Positions 55,942 to 64,000 of a stretch of 64,000 nucleotides of DNA are shown one piece after another (the stretch's first letter is position 1; each line of letters starts with the position of its first letter). Source of the stretch: Eledone cirrhosa (Eukaryota); NCBI GenBank assembly GCA_964016885.1, contig OZ024744.1, positions 71,486,001 through 71,550,000 on the forward strand, written 5' to 3'. The notes under the pieces were generated by a model that did no database searches, was not told where the DNA came from, and saw nothing but the letters and a program-made list of their open reading frames with translations. The position numbers were made by a program, and so were the translations under genes.

Positions 55942-56550
55942 TGTCAGGTCACCAGTTGGTGCTACTGGTAACATGTATTCCAGTACAACCTGTCCCATGG
56001 TCGGGTCGTTGGCGACTAAACTGGCAACCCCACCAAGGTTTCTTGGTGAGGAGGGTGACTTTGGACATCCTGCAGGACTAAAAACAAAACCTGTCAAAAG
56101 GCAAAGGAGCTCTTAAGAGTCAATGGCCATCCAAAATCACCGGGAGAGATGACCCCTTAGCCTTTGTCAAGGCAGAATTCTAGGAGAAGGAAAACTCTGA
56201 TATAACACCTGCAACCCTGATGGTATCCAATGATGTTGACTTGTTCTTCTTTTTGGTAAATATCATCTTGGTTAAGAGAGTGGGACTGGCTTTGTGCAGT
56301 GCCTTTGCTCACTATAAAAGCTTCACGGCACAGGCATTGCTTTATATCTGGAGATCTCTCTGCATTTGTCGTCACATGGTACCATGGGCCCAGCACTATG
56401 TGTCAATAATTGTCACAAGTGTAGTGTTTGTACCAGAGCTTTCAAGTCGCTGGCTGGACTAAAAAGTCACACTCGTTCAGCGCATCAGTAGGGGTTCTCC
56501 TACATGGATATAAAGTAGTGGCCGTACTCGAAAACGAGTTGGCAGCCACC
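55942..56550 (+). mobile_element. About 600-bp non-coding element with RTE-like 5' UTR, flanked by (TATG)n; partial copies at 57145-57308 and 57321-57832
   Basis: Copies near-identical; ggtgaggagggtg...caggactaaaaac..acctgtcaaa...gagtcaatggccatcc resembles RTE-BovB-type 5' UTRs as I recall them. Confidence 0.65.
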
Positions 56551-56604
56551 ATGTATGTATGTATGTATGTATGTATCCTTCACATCTCCCTATAGTTTGT
56601 TAGC

Positions 56605-56862
56605 TTTACTCTCTCCGTTGCTCTTCCCTCTCTCTATAATAGATCATTCCCTCTCTCTATAATTTAACTGCTTTACTCTCTCTGTCACTCTTCACTCTCA
56701 AATATTATAAAGCTGAGCGTCGTCTCTCTCTCTCTCTCCCTCTTTTACTCTCTCCGTCGCTCTTCCCTCTCTCTATAATAGATCATTCCCCCTCTCTATA
56801 ATTTAACTGCTTTACTCTCTCTGTCGCTCTTCACTCTCAAATATTATAAAACTGATCGTCGG

Positions 56863-56913
<51 letters not shown>

Positions 56914-57010
56914 TCTCTCCGTCGCTCTTCCCTCTCTCTATAATAGATCATTCCGCCTCTCTATAATTTAACTGCTTTACTCTCTGTCTCTCTTCACTCT
57001 CTATATGACA
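56605..57010. repeat. Three tandem CT-rich units
   Basis: ttactctctccgt.gctcttccctctctctataatagatcattcc...ctctataatttaactgctttactctct occurs three times. Confidence 0.85.
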
Positions 57011-57943
57011 ACACTCTTTTACTTTCCGTAGCGTCGTATGTGTTTATTTCGCCAATTGCCGGATAACATCAAAACAAAACACCCCCCCCCACACACACAT
57101 CTATACTTTATATGTATGTATGTATGTATGTTTATTTCACATAGGCTCAGCACTATGTGTCAATAATTGTTACAAGTGTAGTGTTTGTACCAGAGTTTTC
57201 AAGTCGCTGGCAGGACTAAAAAGTCACACTTGTTCAGCGCATCGGTAGGGGTTCTCCTACATGGATATAAAGTAGTGGCCGTACTCGAAAACGAGTTGGC
57301 AGCCACCATATATGTATGTAAGGTTTCATGGTGAGGAGGGTGACTTTGGACATCCTGCAGGACTAAAAACCAAACCTGTCAAAGGCCAAAGGAGCTCTTA
57401 AGAGTCAATGGCCATCCAAAATCACCGGGAGAGATGACCCCTTAGCCTTTGTCAAGGCAGAATTCTAGAAGGAAAACTCTGATATAACACCTGCAACACT
57501 GATGGTATCCAATGATGCTGACTTGTTCTTCTTTTTGGTAAATATCATCTTGGTTAAGAGAGTGGGACCGGCTTTGTGCAGCGCCTTTGCTCACTATAAA
57601 AGCTTCACGGCACAGACATTGCTTTATATCTGGAGATCTCTCTGCACTTGTCATCACAGGGTACAATGGGCCCAGCACTATGTGTCAATAATTGTCACAA
57701 GTGTAGTGTTTGTACCAGAGTTTTCAAGTCGCTGGCTGGACTAAAAAGTCACACTCGTTCAGCGCATCGGTAGGGGTTCCCCTACATGGGTATAAAGTAG
57801 TGGCCGTACTCGAAAACGAGTTGGCAGCCACCATGTATGTATGTAAGATTATTACCCCTCTCTATAATTTAACTTCTTTACTCTCTCTGTCGCTCTTCAC
57901 TCTCTATATGACAACACTGTTTCAGTTTCTGTATTTCCCTTCA

Positions 57944-58031
<88 letters not shown>

Positions 58032-58033
58032 GA

Positions 58034-58173
<140 letters not shown>

Positions 58174-58444
58174 ATAGAGAGAGAAATAGAGAGAGAGAGA
58201 GAAAGATTAGGAAAACTACACACACACATCTACAGAGAGAGACAGAAAAACAGAAGGAGAGAAAAAGAGAGAGATAGGCCGTTAGACAGAGAGAGATACA
58301 ATTAAAGTGTTAGCTAGTCAGAGAGAGAGAGAGAGAGAGAGACGGAAGGACAATGTGACACAGGAGGGTGTGTGGTATCTTTGCAGTGGAGTGGTGGGGG
58401 CAGGTATACCTAGCCGGTCGCCAGCCGGACGGGCCAGCTAGTCA

Positions 58445-58905
58445 AGTTATAACTGTCACTCTTCAGTTCTCATACATTAGCCCAATTGCTTTCACATGCT
58501 TTTCTGGAATATCATGTTTTTTGAATCTGGAGCATTCCTTCACGGTGAATAGTGTAAAAGACGTTTTTGAAATCTATTAATACGACCACAGTTATTAGAT
58601 TGTCTGTTTTCACTCATTCAACTACTCTCCACAAAGTCAAAATATGAGCTACAGTTGTGTTTACTTTGAAATACATTTTGGTTATGTATTAAATATTTAT
58701 CTATCTTGTGATATTTAAAAGCATCTTATTTACTAATTTAGCTGCTTGGAAATATGTTTTATTCATAAAAATCAAAAGAAATCGTAAATAAATCTATTTC
58801 AAATAACAACAACATTGCATATATTAAAACAAAAAAAAAACAATTAGCTGTTATGGCTGAAAGAGATATACCTCTATAATTATCCCTGGTACTCAGACCT
58901 CCAGA
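58445..58905 (-). pseudogene. Old RTE-like RT fragments
   Basis: DNYRGISLSAITA (58850-58900); LIDFKNVFYTIHREGM...IPEKHVKAIGLMYEN (58460-58600). Confidence 0.65.
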
Positions 58906-58929
58906 CATTTTGCAAATGAACAAGTAAAA

Positions 58930-59160
58930 CGAATGAGAGAAGATAGTCAAATACCGGGGCCTAACAAACCACTTCCTCTTTGCACTGGTCTTCATCAAGA
59001 CCTCTAGCATTCTTGGACCCCGCACTACTGATTTCCTTCGTAAAGTCGGAAAGACGGCGGCCCGCTTGAAGAGGCAGCCCCGTGAGAAAGGATAGTTGTA
59101 GCAGCTGGTGTCCCTGGCCATTCTCCGTGGTAACATTTTTGCCGTTTTGTCCACAGGACG
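58930..59160 (+). pseudogene. Second CRE-like endonuclease 3' fragment
   Basis: KIVKYRGLTNHFLF...ILGPRTTDFLRKVG...QLVSLAILRGNIFAVL. Confidence 0.6.
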
Positions 59161-59879
59161 CAGCTGAGGTACCGCTCAAACTAGAGTGTACTGACGTGAC
59201 TGTCTCTCCACCTATCCCTTTCTTTCACCGCTTGAACCTTCTTCATTGTGCTCCTTTTCTTTTCCTTTTTTCTTCCTTGTTCTCCTTTTCCTTTCCTTAT
59301 TTCTCCTTCCGTTTCCGTTCCTTTTAGTTATGTTTTTTGTTTTTATTAGATACTGTTCAATTATTTTTATATAATGTCAATGTCCTTTCATGAGATTGTG
59401 AGATTTTGTATATTCAATAAAATGTCTTTTTATTTCACACTGAAAATAAAAAAAGGAAGTAATAAAAGACGAATAGGTCGAAGTGGAATGCAACGGTGAA
59501 CAAAAACAAACCCGAAAAAAGACTCAAGCTAAAATATAACATTTAAAATACAAGTAGAATATACCACCAACGAGAAAGCAGTCAGTACTATTCTATCAAA
59601 ATAGCAAAATACCAAACACACTATCACAAAGAATAATCTAGGTGTGACCTTTTACATATAATACCATTGCCTCATTCCTTCACATACGTTATCACAGATT
59701 TCAAGATTAGAAGTGAAAAGTGTCGCAGACCATCAAAAATGAGTAATGAACTTTTAACCAGTTTAATTTTTTAAATATTTTAGTACATTACCATTTTATA
59801 TTACATTGTTAGCATTATTATTATTATGTAAACCCTTGTGGCTAATAAAGAAAGCATTATTATTATTATTATTATTATT

Positions 59880-61905
59880 TGCATTTATCTTGCTTTATGT
59901 TTATACGAGTTATCACCAAGTCACAACCAGTGACCTCAAGAGACAACAAGGTCCGCCATGTTCAAGAAAGAACACACATATTCACACATGCATCCTTAGT
60001 GTTTAGACTTGTGATGTACTTATATTGACAGGATCTTCCTTAGTATATGGGCAGTTCCCATTAGTACTATCTTTTGTATTTCTCCTATACGCGGGTTTCC
60101 TGGGATTTGCGATAAGTAGTCGTTAGACCCCTTAGGTATCATTCCCAGAGCGCCTACAACCACTGGTATTGTTTTAGTTCTCAATTTCCACATTTTTCCA
60201 ATTTCTATCTCCAGGTCCTTATACTTGCTCAATTTTTCAAATGTTTTTATAGATACATTCTTGTCTATTGGAACAGACATATCAATTAGCAGGCATACCC
60301 TCCTTTGAAAGTCCTTCAATATTATATCAGGTCTATTTGCATCTATTTTTCGGTCTGTTTGGATGCTAAAGTTCCACAAGATTGAGATGTGATCTTTTTC
60401 AAGTATGGGAGGTGGTTGATGCTCCCACCAATTCTTTTGATGGGGCAGGTCAAAATGCTTGCACATTATCCAATGTATGTATTGTGCAGCTCTGTCATGC
60501 CTGTTTAGGTATTCGGTTGGAGCTATAGGACTGCACATTGAAATTATATGGACAATGGTCTCTGGTTGTTTTTTGCATACACGGCATAATGGGCTGCACC
60601 CATTTTTTATTATGTTGGCTTGGTAATTTTTTGTTGGCAGACACTGATCTTGTGCGGATATAATCAGTCCTTCAGTCTCCGATTTCAGTCCAGAGGATGC
60701 CAACCACTGATGGGTTAAAGTTTTGTCAACATCAGGATTGTTAGCTCGCTCTGGGTATTTTCCATACAGAGGCTTTTCTTGCCATTTCTTAGCCAGTTTC
60801 TGTAGCAGTTCTTTCTTTGCAGTTACTTTTACCTGCTTTGCTTTTTCTGTGTTTTCCATTTCAGCAGTAAATGGGACTTCTGAAATTTGTAGTCCATTAC
60901 TGTATCTTTGTGCATCTTTTGTAATGGAATATGATCTTTTGGTGCTTACGTGTTTCAAAACGAGTTTGATCATCCAATCATGTGATTCCCTTAGATATGT
61001 GGATAATCCAATTGTTGCAGTTTTCAACGCAATGTCTAACTGGATTAACCCACGTCCTCCTTCTTTCCTAGGGAGATATATTCTATCTATGTCTGCCTTA
61101 GGGTGATGCATTCTGTGCATGGTTAAGAATTTTCGGATTTTTGTATCGAGCCTACGGATCTCTGTGCTTGACCAGTTGATGACATTGTAACTGTAGGTTA
61201 CTACTGGTATGGCAAGCGTGTTTATGGCATCGATCCTATTCCTTGCATTCAATTCCGTTCTTAAGATTGCTCTGACTCTGCGGTAACATTCCTTCCTTAT
61301 CCTTTACCTCATTGTCGAGTGCTTGATTCCGTCTCCTTCACAAACACCTAGATATTTGTAAGTTTGTTCTTGATCAAGCTCTCTTATCACGTTCCCCCGA
61401 TCAAGATTAATGTCTGAACTCTTCAGCAGCTTTCCTCTGGTGAACGTTGCTTTGGCGCATTTATCCAGTCCAAACTCCATTTTAATGTCATCACTGAACT
61501 GCTTCACAGTGGATAATAGCCCTTTCAATTGTTCATCATTTTTTGCAAATAGTTTCAGGTCATCCATGTAGAACAGGTGATTAATGGTTTTGTCATAGAC
61601 TCTATATCCATGTTTTGTTTCATTGAGCATTTTACTTAATGGTATAAGTGCGATGCAGAATAAAAGCGGTGATAAAGAGTCACCCTGAAAAATTCCACAA
61701 TTAATGTTAACTTCTCCAGCTTCCAGTGATTTTGTTTCACTATTCAAAAGGAGTGTCGTTCTCCATGTCCTCATACTGAATGACAAAAACCTCCTGATAA
61801 CGGGGGATATTTTGAAAATCTCTAAACATTTTTCAATCCAACTGTGTGGCAAACTATCAAATGCTTTTTTATAATCTATCCAAGCAATCGATAGATTTTT
61901 GTGTC

Positions 61906-61906
<1 letters not shown>
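59880..61906 (-). mobile_element. 5'-truncated R4/Dong-clade non-LTR retrotransposon (RT, CCHC, restriction-like endonuclease), flanked by (TAA)n
   Basis: WIDYKKAFDSLPH, GIFQGDSLSPLLF, FYMDDLK, GGRGL, CRVC..ETIVHIISMC, RHD, NRPDI, KLSKYKDL; one in-frame TAA at 61304-61306. Confidence 0.92.
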
Positions 61907-61936
<30 letters not shown>

Positions 61937-62150
61937 GAATGCCATGGTTGACGGAGGCTCGGCTCTGTAAGGTATAGTAATTTTTAACCGTTAAAACAAT
62001 TGTAAATTGTTTAAAACTTGAACCAAATTGTTGATAAAGACACCCTCCTCCTCGTGAGAGGGGTCTTTCTGTCCGTTATTTGGCCCTTCGGGGTTAAATA
62101 ACCAGTTATTGGGGTTTTGTACCCAATATTCATTTTAAACAAAAAACAAC

Positions 62151-64000
62151 ATGGCTACGAAAAAGAAATTTCATACGTCACTCCCACTCATTCCGTCTTC
62201 TTCTTTCTCAATCATCACTACAGCAGAGAGAAGATTGTCTCTCTCCCTCCCTTCTTTAAATGTGTCTCTCTCCCTCCCTTCTCTTTCGCAAGTGACGAAA
62301 GAAAAGAAAAGTCTCGTGCAAAGCGTGCAAGGTTTCTCCACGACGACGACGACAGCGACGAAACAGGTGTGCAGGAAATACGAAAACCCAGTTCATTCGT
62401 CTGACGTCAGGAATAATAGCAGTAGCAGCCGTAATAACAACTGCAACAGTGACAATGAAAACAACAGTAGCAGCCGCAACAGCATCACCAGCAGCATAAA
62501 CAACAACAGCATTAGCAGCAGCAACACCAACAACAACCACAGCAACAGCGGCGGAGGCAGTAGTCGTAGTACCTGCAGCAACAACAAAAGTACCAGCAGC
62601 TCTGACGACAACAACAACAGCAGAGAAAAACCAATCTCATTTGCAGGTATTGCGAAAAACCTGGAAACAATCCTCATAACAAATGAGGAATTAGAGGAAG
62701 CGAAGAAGATGGTGACAAAGAACGGACACCGAGCAATCTGCAAGGCAGCGGAAAAATTTTTCGAAACCCAAGAGCACTGTACGGTCACGTACCGTACAGT
62801 AAGTACAAAATCCCGTAGGGTGGAAAGAGCCACAGAGGCCCAAATACAAAAAGCCTTGGGGTCTGTGTGGCAGCGGAAAACGCACATCACCCGAGGCAAA
62901 AAATATGCCACCGTAGACGTACTTTTTGCCACACCCCAGGAGGCAAAGGCCCAATCAGTAGTGACCCTAAGGAGCGAGGAAATGGTGTTGGTGCCCTCCT
63001 ACTGCGGGCAAAAAATTGTGAGGGTCAAACTGACACACGTCCCCCCCGGAATGACCCCTTCTTGGCTGGCCGCGTCTGTCCTCGTCGGAATCGAGGACAA
63101 AACAACTGTACTGCAAGTACAGAAAAAAGTAAGAGAAGATTGGGTCGGCTCCTCCATTGAGATGCTAATCCAAACCAACCAGGAGTGCATCGAAGCTATC
63201 CCGGATGTGATAGACTTCGATAACGGCACTCAACTGCCCATAAGTGTTGAGGGCAAACGCCCGAAATGCTTTCGCTGTGGATCGAAGACTCACCTCAGGG
63301 CCTTCTGCAACGAGAAGACCCTGAGAAAGGAGAAAACCCCCCTCCTTCCGAATCCGGCTCCACGGCTACCAGCAACAGGACAAGCGGCAACCAGGAACGA
63401 TAGGTCCGTGGCACCCATACCCACTCCACGGAAATCAAAAACAGCAGCAGCAGTGGAAATATTAACAACAACAACAGCAATACCAAATGCAGCTGCAACA
63501 GAGACTCCAGTGCAAACATCACCAACAACAAGTGAAAGAGTGGAGCTGGTACCCCTCCCCGACCTCACAGAATCAGACATGGAGTGTGAGGTGGGAGAGG
63601 GATGGCAAAAGGTCGCAAGAAGGCACAAACGCAGAAGCAGCGCATCGTCGCCTTTGAAAAGGGAGGAAAGAAATGAGAAAAGGGTAAAGTCTACTGCAAA
63701 GAGACCCACAGCAGCAACACCACCAACACCATCACCACCCACACCAGCACCACCATCAGCACCGGCGACAACCCCACCGCCAACAACACCTTCAACACCA
63801 CCACCACAAGCACCAACATCGCAAACACAACAACAAAACACACACACCCAGCAACAACGACAAGAAAATAGTAGAACCACACCCCACCCCCAGAAAAACA
63901 AATGCACGGCAATAAATACACACAACAAGAAACTAATGACTTACATAATTGAACACACAGACATTTCACAACAGGACTACATAATACCAGCACCAATCAA
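62151..64000 (+). CDS. ORF1 (gag-like, CCHC zinc knuckle) of a probable Tx1/L1-clade LINE; runs off the window and is absent from the ORF track
   Basis: Hand translation from ATG 62151 is open to the end: MATKKKF..N/S-rich..VRVKLTHVPP..VEGKRPKCFRCGSKTHLRAFC..GWQKVARRHKR. Confidence 0.85.
   Translation, partial: MATKKKFHTSLPLIPSSSFSIITTAERRLSLSLPSLNVSLSLPSLSQVTKEKKSLVQSVQGFSTTTTTATKQVCRKYENPVHSSDVRNNSSSSRNNNCNSDNENNSSSRNSITSSINNNSISSSNTNNNHSNSGGGSSRSTCSNNKSTSSSDDNNNSREKPISFAGIAKNLETILITNEELEEAKKMVTKNGHRAICKAAEKFFETQEHCTVTYRTVSTKSRRVERATEAQIQKALGSVWQRKTHITRGKKYATVDVLFATPQEAKAQSVVTLRSEEMVLVPSYCGQKIVRVKLTHVPPGMTPSWLAASVLVGIEDKTTVLQVQKKVREDWVGSSIEMLIQTNQECIEAIPDVIDFDNGTQLPISVEGKRPKCFRCGSKTHLRAFCNEKTLRKEKTPLLPNPAPRLPATGQAATRNDRSVAPIPTPRKSKTAAAVEILTTTTAIPNAAATETPVQTSPTTSERVELVPLPDLTESDMECEVGEGWQKVARRHKRRSSASSPLKREERNEKRVKSTAKRPTAATPPTPSPPTPAPPSAPATTPPPTTPSTPPPQAPTSQTQQQNTHTQQQRQENSRTTPHPQKNKCTAINTHNKKLMTYIIEHTDISQQDYIIPAPI

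Noticed and set aside
62393-63996. Minus-strand ORFs of 76-212 aa
   Set aside because: Antisense shadows of the plus-strand LINE ORF1

Overview
AT-rich eukaryotic intergenic or intronic DNA, almost entirely repeats. The tRNA-derived SINE families, long (TA)n/(CA)n tracts and retroelement mix suggest a mollusc, probably an octopus (inference). I can support no host gene. The window holds Penelope-like elements (PLEs): one apparently intact two-ORF element, four Naiad-type remnants and two further remnants. It also holds Tx1/L1-clade LINEs, an R4/Dong-clade LINE in (TAA)n, CRE and RTE fragments, a mariner fragment and many SINEs. Two things stand out. (1) In the intact PLE at 32.2-38.2 kb, the RT/GIY-YIG frame has no start codon for its conserved N-terminus. 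It opens in the -1 frame at tandem slippery heptamers (A AAA AAC, U UUU UUA) followed by a stem-loop, which predicts a gag-pol-like programmed frameshift. (2) About 25 type-I hammerhead ribozyme motifs from over a dozen sequence families occur here, with recurrent non-canonical cores, mostly in fold-back elements inserted in (TA)n. All calls were made by eye; boundaries are approximate.
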